Under the pieces are notes generated by a model. That model saw only the letters and a list, made by a program, of their open reading frames with translations, was not told the origin of the DNA and did not search any database. Shown here piece by piece: positions 20,701 through 30,724 of a stretch of 64,000 nucleotides of DNA. A program made the position numbers and the translations under genes. Every line of letters begins with the position of its first letter. The stretch's first letter is position 1. Source of the DNA: Acidobacteriota bacterium (GTDB lineage Bacteria > Acidobacteriota > CAIWXX01); assembly GCA_040755995.1 (NCBI GenBank), contig JBFMAF010000010.1:224001-288000 (forward strand), written 5' to 3'.

Positions 20701-21836
20701 GCAGCCCAATCAACCTCGCAGGCCTCGACCCGCGCCGTGTGGCGCTGGTGCACGACTGGCTGATCACGGACCGCGGCGGCGAGCGCGTTCTGGACTGCCT
20801 CTGCCGGATGTTCCCCGAGGCGACGTTGTTCACTCTGTTTCACGTCCCCGGTACACAGTCACAGGCAATCGAGCAAATGCGGATTCGCGCCACGTTCATA
20901 GCGCGGCTGCCGTACGTCCGGCGTCTCTACAGGCACTACCTCCCGCTGTTCCCGCGGGCGATCGAGTCGCTGGATCTTCGCGACTACGACCTCGTACTGA
21001 GCAGCAGTCATTGCGTGGCCAAGGGCGTCAAGCCGCGCGAAGGTGCCGCGCACCTTAGCTATTGCCACACGCCGATGCGCTATGCCTACGATCAGTTCGA
21101 CGACTACTTCCCGCCGGACCGTCTCGGCGGCCTTGTCCGCCTTGCGGCTCGTGTCGTGATGGGGCCGATCCGGCGGTGGGACATCGCCGTCAGCTCCCGC
21201 GTGGGCTGCTACGTCGCCAACTCGATGAACACGGCGGAGAGGATCCAGCGCTGCTACGGGCGCGACTCGATTGTGCTTCACCCTCCCGTCGACACCGATT
21301 TCTTCACGCCTGCCCCGGCCCCGGCTCCGGGCCGCTATCTTCTGAGCGTCTCGGCCCTGGTCCCCTATAAGCGCATCGATCGGGCGATAGCCGCGGCGGG
21401 CATGGCCGGCTGGGAGTATGTGATCGTCGGAGAGGGGCCAGAGCGCCCCAGGCTGGAGAAGATGAGGCCGTCGACGGCCAGGTTTCTCGGTCGGGTCAGC
21501 CAGGAGGAGCTGCGCGAGCTCTATCGCGCCTGCGCCGCGTTTGTGCTGCCGGGCGAGGAGGATCTGGGGATAGCGCCGATCGAGGCGCAGGCGTGCGGGA
21601 GGCCGGTCGTGGCGCTCAGGCGGGGAGGGGCGCTCGAGACCGTGATCGAAGGGGTGACAGGGCTGTTTGCCCCTGATGAGGATTCGGCCTCGCTGGCGGC
21701 GGCTATTGACAAGCTGGCGCAGTTCGAGTTCAATAGTGCCGCTGTCAGACGGCATAGCCTGCGGTTCTCGAAGGGCCGTTTTGAAGAGAGGTTCGCGGAC
21801 TTGATCGCCTCGTTCTGGAACGATGCCCGATGTTGA
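20697..21836 (+). CDS. Glycosyltransferase family 4
   Basis: VHDWL..GGERV, YCHTPMRYAY, VPYKRID, EEDLGIAPIEAQACG. Confidence 0.93.
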   Translation: MSSPINLAGLDPRRVALVHDWLITDRGGERVLDCLCRMFPEATLFTLFHVPGTQSQAIEQMRIRATFIARLPYVRRLYRHYLPLFPRAIESLDLRDYDLVLSSSHCVAKGVKPREGAAHLSYCHTPMRYAYDQFDDYFPPDRLGGLVRLAARVVMGPIRRWDIAVSSRVGCYVANSMNTAERIQRCYGRDSIVLHPPVDTDFFTPAPAPAPGRYLLSVSALVPYKRIDRAIAAAGMAGWEYVIVGEGPERPRLEKMRPSTARFLGRVSQEELRELYRACAAFVLPGEEDLGIAPIEAQACGRPVVALRRGGALETVIEGVTGLFAPDEDSASLAAAIDKLAQFEFNSAAVRRHSLRFSKGRFEERFADLIASFWNDARC

Positions 21837-23248
21837 ATCGTCGGGCGCGGACGATGGTCTTTTTGTTTTATTCCGTCGACGTGTTGACCTCGATCGCGGC
21901 CTATCTGTTGGCGCTCTATCTGCGCTTCTCTGTCCAGATCGTCCCCAACACGAAGGGGATGTTCCCTCTCAAGCACTACCTCTATGTCATCGGCTTGATC
22001 CTATTACTCTGGCCGCTGATTTTCAGGCTGCACGGGCTCTACCGCCTCAAGCGCGGCCGTTCCAAGGTGGAAGAGGTCTTTGCGATCGTGACCGGTGTGG
22101 CACTGGGCATTCTGATCCTGATGGCGTTCATGTCGTATCTCCGGGTCTACGACGTGACGAAGTTCGAGATGTCGCACTGGATGCTGGTGATTTTCTTCGT
22201 CTGCAACGTCTTTCTGACGATCGTGGGCCGGCTGAGCATGCGGTACTTCATCGAGCTGGCGTGGAAGAAGGGCAAGGATCTGCTCAACATCCTCATCGTC
22301 GGCGCGGGCGATGTCGGGCAGACGGTGGCGGAGAAGATCCTGAGGCACAGCGAGCTCGGGTTCACGATCAAAGGGTTTCTCGACGATGATCCGCGAAAGA
22401 TCGGCAAGGAGTTTTTTGGGATTCCAGTGCTGGGCGGGACGGAGATGTTTGACGAGCTGGTGGCCGGGCGCACATTCGACATCGTTTACGTGGCCCTCCC
22501 GATAACGGCGCACCAGAAGATCCTGCACATGGTGAATTCGGCCAGCCGCGAATGCCTCGAGGCTCGCATCGTGCCCGACCTGCTGCAGTTCATGGCGATC
22601 CGCACGAGCCTGGAAGACATCGACGGCATGCCGATCATCAATCCGCACGACACGCCACTCAAGGGCTGGAACAGCGTGATGAAGCGTTTGATGGATATCG
22701 CGGTGTCGTTCGCCGCCATCATGCTCCTCGGGATTCCGGCTATCATCATCGCCGTTCTCGTCAAGCTGACGTCGCCGGGCCGGGTTTTCTACAAGCAGGA
22801 ACGCATGGGGATGGACGGGCGGCGGTTCAGGATATACAAATTCCGTTCGATGGTGGCGGATGCCGAGAGGGACACCGGCCCGATCTGGACAGCCCCTAAC
22901 GACCCGCGCCGGACCAAAATCGGGTCCTTCCTGCGCAGGTACAGCCTCGACGAGCTTCCGCAGTTCTTCAACGTCCTGCGCGGGGACATGAGCTTGGTGG
23001 GGCCCAGACCCGAGCGGCCGGTGTTCGTGGAGGAGTTCAAGCAGCGCATCCCACAGTACATGCTCCGGCACAAGGTCCGGTCTGGAATAACCGGCTGGGC
23101 GCAGGTGCACGGATGGCGTGGGAATACTTCGGTCGAAAAGCGCATCGAATATGACCTGTACTACATCGAGAACTGGTCGCTGATACTCGACATCAGAATC
23201 CTGTGGCTGACCCTTCGTCGAGGGCTCGGCCACCGGAACGCGTACTGA
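21830..23248 (+). CDS. Undecaprenyl-phosphate glucose phosphotransferase (WcaJ/CpsE type priming transferase)
   Basis: N-terminal TMs, Rossmann-like middle domain, KFRSM, SLDELPQFFNVLRGDMSLVGPRPE, GITGWAQV, DLYYIENWS. Confidence 0.95.
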   Translation: MLNRRARTMVFLFYSVDVLTSIAAYLLALYLRFSVQIVPNTKGMFPLKHYLYVIGLILLLWPLIFRLHGLYRLKRGRSKVEEVFAIVTGVALGILILMAFMSYLRVYDVTKFEMSHWMLVIFFVCNVFLTIVGRLSMRYFIELAWKKGKDLLNILIVGAGDVGQTVAEKILRHSELGFTIKGFLDDDPRKIGKEFFGIPVLGGTEMFDELVAGRTFDIVYVALPITAHQKILHMVNSASRECLEARIVPDLLQFMAIRTSLEDIDGMPIINPHDTPLKGWNSVMKRLMDIAVSFAAIMLLGIPAIIIAVLVKLTSPGRVFYKQERMGMDGRRFRIYKFRSMVADAERDTGPIWTAPNDPRRTKIGSFLRRYSLDELPQFFNVLRGDMSLVGPRPERPVFVEEFKQRIPQYMLRHKVRSGITGWAQVHGWRGNTSVEKRIEYDLYYIENWSLILDIRILWLTLRRGLGHRNAY

Positions 23249-23340
23249 GGCGCTCGGGGCCCGAGCGGCGCTGTTTTGGACAGAGTGCATCCGGCGATGA
23301 TGAGGGCGTCGCGGTGACACGGAGACGCGGTGACGCCCCA

Positions 23341-23403
23341 CTCTCCACTCTCCACTCTCTACTCTCCACTCTCCACTCTCTACTCTCCACTCTCCACTCT
23401 CTA
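23341..23403. repeat. Heptamer tandem array with 21-bp higher-order period
   Basis: (CTCTCCA CTCTCCA CTCTCTA)x3; preceded by octamers GCGGTGAC ACGGAGAC GCGGTGAC at 23311-23334. Confidence 0.95.
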
Positions 23404-23471
23404 CGCGAGGCGCGGCCAGAGCTGCCTCGCATGGGTCCTCTGTCCGAGTCCGCGCCTCGCCTGGAGGGGCA

Positions 23472-24419
<948 letters not shown>

Positions 24420-24571
24420 GCCGATGTCGCCGCGGCGGTCGAACCTCGACGTGGACGATCCGTTAGCAGCGACGATACCGAGACCGCATCGGGACTCTTG
24501 GGACTGTGCGTTCCGTGCAGTCTACCGGGCCCCCGCTCGCGAGCACGGGAGCCCCAGATGCTGGTGATTCA

Positions 24572-26764
24572 ATGAAGCGCCCACCTGGCCGTCCGGCACC
24601 GCGATCCACACGCTCCGGGCGCAGCCTGCTGCTCCTAGGCGGCCTCGCCGTCGGCGCGGCCTGCGCTCTGGGATGGGCGACCTGGAGGTACCTGCCCTTC
24701 TTCCTTGGTGATCATCCGCCGGAACGCCCCAACATCGTCCTCGTCACCATAGACACGATCCGCGCGGATCGCCTCGGCTGTTACGGCTATACGACTGCGC
24801 GCACGCCGACGCTCGACCGGATCGCAGCCGATGGCATCCGGTTCCGGACGGCATTCGCGCCCGTTCCGCTGACTCTGCCATCGCATGCGACGATGATGAC
24901 CGGACAGATCCCGCCGTCGCACAGCGTGCACGACAACGCCGCGTCCAGGCTCGGTCACGACGTGCCGGTCGTCCCCGAGACCCTCGCGGCCGCGGGGTAC
25001 GCCACTGCTGCGTTCGTCTCGGGGTTCCCTCTGGATCGCCGGTTCGGCCTTTCGCGCGGGTTTCACACTTACGACGACCGCTTCCCCAGGGGCAGGCCGG
25101 GGAGGGTGCCGTACGTCGAGCGGACTGCGGACCGCACGACCGACGCAGCTGCATCGTGGCTCGCCACCGCGCAGAGCCCGTTCTTTCTCTGGGTCCACTA
25201 CTTCGACCCGCACGCGCCGTATGAGCCGCCCGGAGCATACTCCGACACCGGCACCGCCTACGACGGCGAGATCGCCTTCGTGGACGAGGAGCTCGCGCGA
25301 CTCCTCGACGCCCTCGACCGGCAGACGACGATCGTGATCGTCGCCGGCGACCACGGCGAAAGCCTCGGCGAGCATCGAGAAGATACGCACGGCCTGTTCG
25401 TCTACGACTCGACTCTTCGAGTCCCGCTCCTGATAGCGGGGCCCGGAATTCGCGCCCGCGTAGTCGGCGGCGCCGCGCTGCTCACGGACCTGGCGCCCAC
25501 GATCCTCAAGCTTGCAGGGTGCGACATCCCCGGGGCAATGACCGGCCGCCTCTTGCTGGATCCGCTGCCGGCCCGAGCGACCTACGCGGAGTCCCTCTTC
25601 GGACATCTCAACTGCGGCTGGGCACCGCTGTATTCGCTGAGAGACGGGCGGTGGAAGCTGATCGAAGCTCCATCGGTGGAGCTGTACGACCTGGAGACCG
25701 ATCCGGGCGAGATGAACAACGTGGCAGGCGAGCAAGTCGCCGCGGTTCGATCGTTGCGCGAACAGCTCAGGAAGCAGAACGCGCATCCTGTCTCGGAAGC
25801 GTCGGCGCCGGATCGCGAAACCCGTGAGAAACTCGCGGGCCTGGGATACCTCTCTGGCGGCGCCTCGACAGGCTCGGGCCGGGATCCAAAGGACCTTGTC
25901 GATCTGGCCAACGAGCTGGAGCGGGCGATGCCGATGGTCTACACGGCGCCCGAGCGAGCGGCCGAGATTCTGCGCGGGATCTGCGATGCCGACCCGCAGA
26001 ATCCGATCGCCCGGCGCACGCTGGCCACGGCCCTCGCGCATCAGGGCCGGTTCGATGAGGCGGCGAACACGGTCGAGTCGACGATCCAGGCGGGCACTGC
26101 CCCGGTGGATGCGCGAGTCTCCCTCTCGGAGTACCTCCGGCTAGCAGGGCGTACCGGCGCAGCTGTCGCTGCCGCGCAGCAGGCGATCAAGCAGGATCCG
26201 CTCTCCCCGGAGGCCCACCTGGCTGCTGCGAAGGCACTGCTCGCGGAGGGCCGTCAGGAGGAAGCGTCGGAGGCGGTCGATAGCGCGCTGAAACTGGCGC
26301 CCGACTACGTCGATGCGCTGCAGATGGCTGCAGACCTGCTGATCTCGCAGGGCGCTTTCGGCGTGGCAGCGGAGCGCCTGCAGCGGGCAGTGAATATAGA
26401 CCCCGACGACACTGCCACCACGATGAAATACGGCACCTGTCTCGTGCGGGCCGGCCAGATTGCATCGGCCATCACTGTGTTCGAAGGCCTGATCGAGCGC
26501 GAGCCGCAAAACGGTCATGCGATGCTGCTCCTGGCCGGCGCGCTGGCCAAGAACGGCAACGCAGCGTCGGCGGTGAAGTACTTCGAGCGGGCGATAGCTG
26601 CCGGCGTCAAGACTCCGGCCTGCTACAACGGTCTTGCCATGGCCCGTATCGAAACCGGCGATCGCGAAGGCGCGCGCGACGCGCTGCGCGAGTCGCTGCT
26701 TCTCGCGCCGAACCAGCGTGACATCAGGGCGATGCTGGAGAGCCTGGATCGCACGTCACGATAG
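24572..26764 (+). CDS. Sulfatase-like hydrolase/transferase with C-terminal TPR repeats
   Basis: N-terminal TM, NIVLVTIDTIRAD, TLPSH active-site loop, HYFDPHAPY, GDHGE; TPR-like helices from about residue 450. Confidence 0.9.
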   Translation: MKRPPGRPAPRSTRSGRSLLLLGGLAVGAACALGWATWRYLPFFLGDHPPERPNIVLVTIDTIRADRLGCYGYTTARTPTLDRIAADGIRFRTAFAPVPLTLPSHATMMTGQIPPSHSVHDNAASRLGHDVPVVPETLAAAGYATAAFVSGFPLDRRFGLSRGFHTYDDRFPRGRPGRVPYVERTADRTTDAAASWLATAQSPFFLWVHYFDPHAPYEPPGAYSDTGTAYDGEIAFVDEELARLLDALDRQTTIVIVAGDHGESLGEHREDTHGLFVYDSTLRVPLLIAGPGIRARVVGGAALLTDLAPTILKLAGCDIPGAMTGRLLLDPLPARATYAESLFGHLNCGWAPLYSLRDGRWKLIEAPSVELYDLETDPGEMNNVAGEQVAAVRSLREQLRKQNAHPVSEASAPDRETREKLAGLGYLSGGASTGSGRDPKDLVDLANELERAMPMVYTAPERAAEILRGICDADPQNPIARRTLATALAHQGRFDEAANTVESTIQAGTAPVDARVSLSEYLRLAGRTGAAVAAAQQAIKQDPLSPEAHLAAAKALLAEGRQEEASEAVDSALKLAPDYVDALQMAADLLISQGAFGVAAERLQRAVNIDPDDTATTMKYGTCLVRAGQIASAITVFEGLIEREPQNGHAMLLLAGALAKNGNAASAVKYFERAIAAGVKTPACYNGLAMARIETGDREGARDALRESLLLAPNQRDIRAMLESLDRTSR

Positions 26765-26969
26765 TCCGCGCGGAGCGGCGAGTACCAGAACGCCGACCAG
26801 GCCCGGCGATCGATCGAGCCCCCTGAGAACGTGCAATGCCCAGCAGGGCGCTGAGTGCTTCCGGAGAACCATCGAGTTCAATCCGGAGAATGGCTAGGCC
26901 ATCACGCTGCGGACTTCGCTGGAGAGCAGAGAACAGGGATCTAGACTGGCCACCCATTCCTCTCCAAGC

Positions 26970-28529
26970 TCACTCATAGTGCTTCAGTTCGGGCCAGGCA
27001 TCGCGAAGCAGTACCTTCGGCCGGCGCGCGATCCAGATCGGCGCATCGTCGCGCCATTTCATGCACCCATCGCAGTCGTGCACACGAACGAGCGTCACCT
27101 CATCGAAGAGCCACCGCGCCGTCTCCTCAGTGAACGGCCCCACGATGATGGCAGCGTCCACCGGGCCCTTCGGCGGGCCCCAATGGAAGTAGCTGTTCTG
27201 GCTGGCGTAGACGGGAGGCAGGCCCCTGCCACGGCCGAGGAGCTCGATGGCGCCCGCCTGCCCGTAGCTGGGAACGAGTATAATCGCCCGGTTGCGTTCC
27301 AGCGGGTCGATCTGCTTGGCCACTGCCTCCACGTCGTCGGCGAGCTGCTCCCACCCGAGGCGGTCGGCAAGCCATTGCGGCAGCGCCGTGACCTTCCCTT
27401 CGCCTTTCTCGATCTGAGGGACGACACCCCAAGCGGTTGCGTATTCGGCTGCCATGCCGGGCGGGAGCAGCGGGAGTGCGAGCGGGGCCAGCACGGCACC
27501 GAACACTACCAGGATCGCGGGCAGCGCCCAGCGCAACCAGCGAAGTCGCCTGCGTTTGCACAGCTCGCCAACGAGGACCCCGCCGCCGGCAAAAAGGATC
27601 GCATAGGCGTCGGCGATACGATCCGGCCTGCTCTTCTGGCCGACGAGCATGAGTAGCAGCAGAACCACGTAGATCCAGCCGAGGTGGCGGAGAGGCCGTC
27701 CGCGGGCGGTTGCCAGAAAGAAGACCAGGCCGGCCAGCCAGACCGGCATGGCGCCGGGATTCATTCCAAGGAGCTGCTGGAACAGGACTTCGAGTGGTGG
27801 AGTGGGCACGTTCTTGTAGAGATCGGCATTGCGGTAAAACTCGAGCGATGGCCAGCCATGTCCCGCCTGCCAGAGCACATTTGGGATTAGCAGCAAGACC
27901 GCAATCCCCACGCCGCTCCACAGCCAGCGGTTCGCCAGGTGACGGCGTGCTCTGGTCAGCAGCAACCCGACAGCGAGGGCCATCGGCAGCAGTATGAAGG
28001 TGTGTTTGTTCTCCAACCCGAGGCCCGTCAAGGCACCGAAGAGCAGCCACAGTCGTGGCTCGTCCCGGCGTTCGATCTCCACAAGCGTCCAGAAGCAGGC
28101 TGTCCACAACAGCACGGAGAACGCGTTCATGGAGTAGTAGGCGAAGGTGATCTGATAGACCAGGCTGACCATCGCGGCTCCGGCAGCGAGCGCTTGCCCG
28201 AAGGGGCCGGCCCCGAGACGGCGGGCGATGATCCCGATGAGCCAGATGGTTGCCGCGCCCGCCAGCGCCGGGACGACTCGCAGGGCGACGAGGGAATCGC
28301 CGAGCAGACCACGAACCAGTCGCAGCAGAAAGACCGACAGAGGTGGATGATCCACATAGCCGAGCGCGAGGTGATCGGAGCAGGCCAGATAGTAGAATTC
28401 ATCAATGAAATATCCGTACTGCCCCACAAGGCCCGGGATCCATTCGAGGAGAAAATAGAGGAACGCCAGGCCCCACAGCAAGGCATCAGCCGTGCGGGCA
28501 CCAGAGTCGGGTCGGACATCGTTCGTCAT
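26970..28529 (-). CDS. GT-C membrane glycosyltransferase (GT39/ArnT/PMT_2 family)
   Basis: YGYFIDEFYYLAC, GYVDHPPL, GLENKHT, multiple TMs, SYGQAGAI. Confidence 0.88.
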   Translation of the reverse strand: MTNDVRPDSGARTADALLWGLAFLYFLLEWIPGLVGQYGYFIDEFYYLACSDHLALGYVDHPPLSVFLLRLVRGLLGDSLVALRVVPALAGAATIWLIGIIARRLGAGPFGQALAAGAAMVSLVYQITFAYYSMNAFSVLLWTACFWTLVEIERRDEPRLWLLFGALTGLGLENKHTFILLPMALAVGLLLTRARRHLANRWLWSGVGIAVLLLIPNVLWQAGHGWPSLEFYRNADLYKNVPTPPLEVLFQQLLGMNPGAMPVWLAGLVFFLATARGRPLRHLGWIYVVLLLLMLVGQKSRPDRIADAYAILFAGGGVLVGELCKRRRLRWLRWALPAILVVFGAVLAPLALPLLPPGMAAEYATAWGVVPQIEKGEGKVTALPQWLADRLGWEQLADDVEAVAKQIDPLERNRAIILVPSYGQAGAIELLGRGRGLPPVYASQNSYFHWGPPKGPVDAAIIVGPFTEETARWLFDEVTLVRVHDCDGCMKWRDDAPIWIARRPKVLLRDAWPELKHYE

Positions 28530-28933
28530 AAGCGCTCTTCTCCTTTCCTCTACGAACTAGCAACCGCACTGCGTTCAGCCGGGGTGAGGAGGGGGGATGC
28601 ATTTTCCATGGAACCTCGATGATCAAGAGAGTGGCATCGCCCCCGAATGAGGGTCGTGGCTCGCAGCGTGCGCGAAGGCACTGCAAGATCTCCCCCGGCG
28701 GCTCCTGCCCGGGCAGGTGCCCCATGCAGGTGAACGCACAGGCCGCTTGACTGATCTCCCACGCCATGTGTGGAGGAACTCTGGCATCATCGCTTCTCGA
28801 AGTCAATATTCAAGTCGACCGACGGCGGTTCGCCCCGTCTCTTCCTCCCAGCAGCGCAATTTCCCGCATCTGATAAAGCCATCTGCGGTCTCGCTGCGTT
28901 CTAGCCTCCAGGATTCGTTCAAAGGAGGCTGTT

Positions 28934-30010
28934 GTGAACCGACTGAGCTGGGTCGTGGGTATTGTTGTCTTGTTCGTCATTGGAGCGGCCGCGGGTTGCG
29001 GGCGGGGCTCTACGGCCGGGAATTCCAAGGCGGGGGCATCCTTGAGGCTGGACGACGGGCGTGAGGTGAGGCTCTCCGGTCCGTTCATCCACAAGAACCT
29101 GACGGTCTATCTGGTCTGCGGCAAGGACGCCTATGATGCTCGCAACGTGGTGACGCTGGAGGAGGCGATACAGCGGAAGACGGTTGTGGTGCATGAGACC
29201 GGCAGCGTCGGCGAGTTGAGTGTGGAGAATCTGTCGGAGGATGAGCATGTCTTCATTCAAGCCGGAGACGTGGTGAAGGGCGGCAGGCAGGATCGGACCG
29301 TACAGTACGACATGATTGTCGGCCCGAAGTCGGGCGAGGTGCCGCTGAAGTCGTTCTGTGTGGAGCAGGGAAGGTGGAGCGCGAGAGGCGGCGAGGACGC
29401 GGCGGCCTTTTCGCAGAGCAAGCATGCCGTCAATGCGAAGGAACTGAAGGCCGCGATAAGGGCCGAAGGGCAGCAGGGCAAGGTTTGGGAGAAAGTGGCC
29501 GAGGTCCAGAGGAAGATGTCGGAGAGCGTCGGAGCACGCGTGAATTCCGACCTGTCCCCGAGCAGCCTTCAGCTTGCCATGGAGAACTCCGGGGTGCGGG
29601 CGACTACCGATGAGTACCTGCAGACTCTGAGGGGCGCTCTTGACGCCGAAGACGACGCAATCGGCTTCGTCGCGTGTGTCAACGGAAAGGTGGCGAGCGC
29701 CGACATCTACGGGTCAGCGGCAATACTCGAGAAGGTCTGGGAGAAGATGCTGACGGCGAGCGCTCAGGAAGCCATCGCCGAGTCGGCCGCGGCGGGCGCG
29801 GCTTCGTCTCCCGTCCCGGCGGCCGCAGAGATCGTTGCGTTCATCCTGAAGGCCGAGGCGGAAGGACGAGCCGCAGCGGAGAAGCGTCAGGTGAGCTCGA
29901 GAACAGAGGAGGAAAAGCGCGAGGCGGCTGAGGCCTACGTGTTCGAGAGCTTCGACAAGAAGGACGGCGAGAAAGGACAGAGCCTGCGCAAGAGCTACGT
30001 GGCGAAGTAG
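28934..30010 (+). CDS. DUF6569/ARPP-1-like lipoprotein
   Basis: Lipobox-like AAGC; AGDVVKGGRQDR, FCVEQGRW, QGKVWEKV; AAAGGAGG RBS. Confidence 0.75.
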   Translation: MNRLSWVVGIVVLFVIGAAAGCGRGSTAGNSKAGASLRLDDGREVRLSGPFIHKNLTVYLVCGKDAYDARNVVTLEEAIQRKTVVVHETGSVGELSVENLSEDEHVFIQAGDVVKGGRQDRTVQYDMIVGPKSGEVPLKSFCVEQGRWSARGGEDAAAFSQSKHAVNAKELKAAIRAEGQQGKVWEKVAEVQRKMSESVGARVNSDLSPSSLQLAMENSGVRATTDEYLQTLRGALDAEDDAIGFVACVNGKVASADIYGSAAILEKVWEKMLTASAQEAIAESAAAGAASSPVPAAAEIVAFILKAEAEGRAAAEKRQVSSRTEEEKREAAEAYVFESFDKKDGEKGQSLRKSYVAK

Positions 30011-30011
30011 C

Positions 30012-30123
30012 GCACGAGGAACACCGCAGCTGACCAGGACCCATCGAAAGCCGCCACCTCGCCGCGGACCACGGGCCGCTCTGCGCCGTCGTCGCACAGC
30101 AACCATTCGCCGTTAATCCGCAT
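30012..30123 (-). pseudogene. 5' fragment of a retropepsin-like aspartic protease
   Basis: MRINGEWLLCDDGAERPVVRGEVAAFDGSWSAAVFLV ends just where the catalytic DTG motif is expected, at the stop of the convergent DUF6569-like gene. Confidence 0.6.
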
Positions 30124-30409
30124 AAACTCGGGGCGCCTTTTCGCGTGGGATGTAACGAACGAAGCTGCCGTCGTCGCCTGGATGCGCCGCCTTCGCCAGC
30201 GCGCGGACCTCTTGCGGCGTGTCCGCCACGAATAGCTCCTCGCCCGCGACGCAGATGCACCTGCCGCGATAGCGCATGTACACTTCGCTCGCATGCGCTC
30301 GGAGCCACGCGCTGTTGCGGTCGAACCGTTCCAATTGCGCCCTGGCCCGCGCCAACTCCACGGGATCCGTCAGTTCCTCCATCACGACCGAGCTTTGATT
30401 GGCCGCCAT
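30113..30409 (-). CDS. DUF5678-like small protein (putative antitoxin-like partner)
   Basis: FDRNSAWL...YRGRCICVAGEELFVADTPQEV...AHPGD; overlaps start of the aspartic protease fragment. Confidence 0.7.
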   Translation of the reverse strand: MAANQSSVVMEELTDPVELARARAQLERFDRNSAWLRAHASEVYMRYRGRCICVAGEELFVADTPQEVRALAKAAHPGDDGSFVRYIPREKAPRVYAD

Positions 30410-30724
30410 TGGACGTTCCCTCTTCTTACCATATTCTACTTGCCCGCCACCGTTGGGTGCAACCGCGCGGATCCTTCCTTCCTCACCAATCCTTGCAACC
30501 GGTCTGCGAGGCCGGTGCTCGATGTAATGCTCCGCCGGCGTTTCTTGGTTCAGATCGCGCGTAAAGAGGATAGGGGGCGTCCTGAGGGATGCCGGTCTCC
30601 ACGGAAGGGCGCTCGATGTGCGGATCGTCAGGCGGGTTGCGACCGGATCGGAGGCTCAGCCTGGACCTGCCATTGGTGTTCGCGCGTCGCGGTGCGGAAG
30701 ATAAACGAAAGAGGGGAGGTCGAG

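Noticed and set aside
23341..23403. CRISPR array
   Set aside because: Contiguous 7-nt units with no spacers; no cas genes in the window.
26830..26897. Short TPR-like peptide (AECFRRTIEFNPENG) after the sulfatase gene
   Set aside because: Too short to distinguish from chance.
30293..30724. Long N-terminal extensions in the ORF track (also at 4452, 19342, 39659, 44625, 51507)
   Set aside because: They overlap other genes or promoters. Downstream starts with an RBS or coupled stop/start codons fit the family N-termini better.
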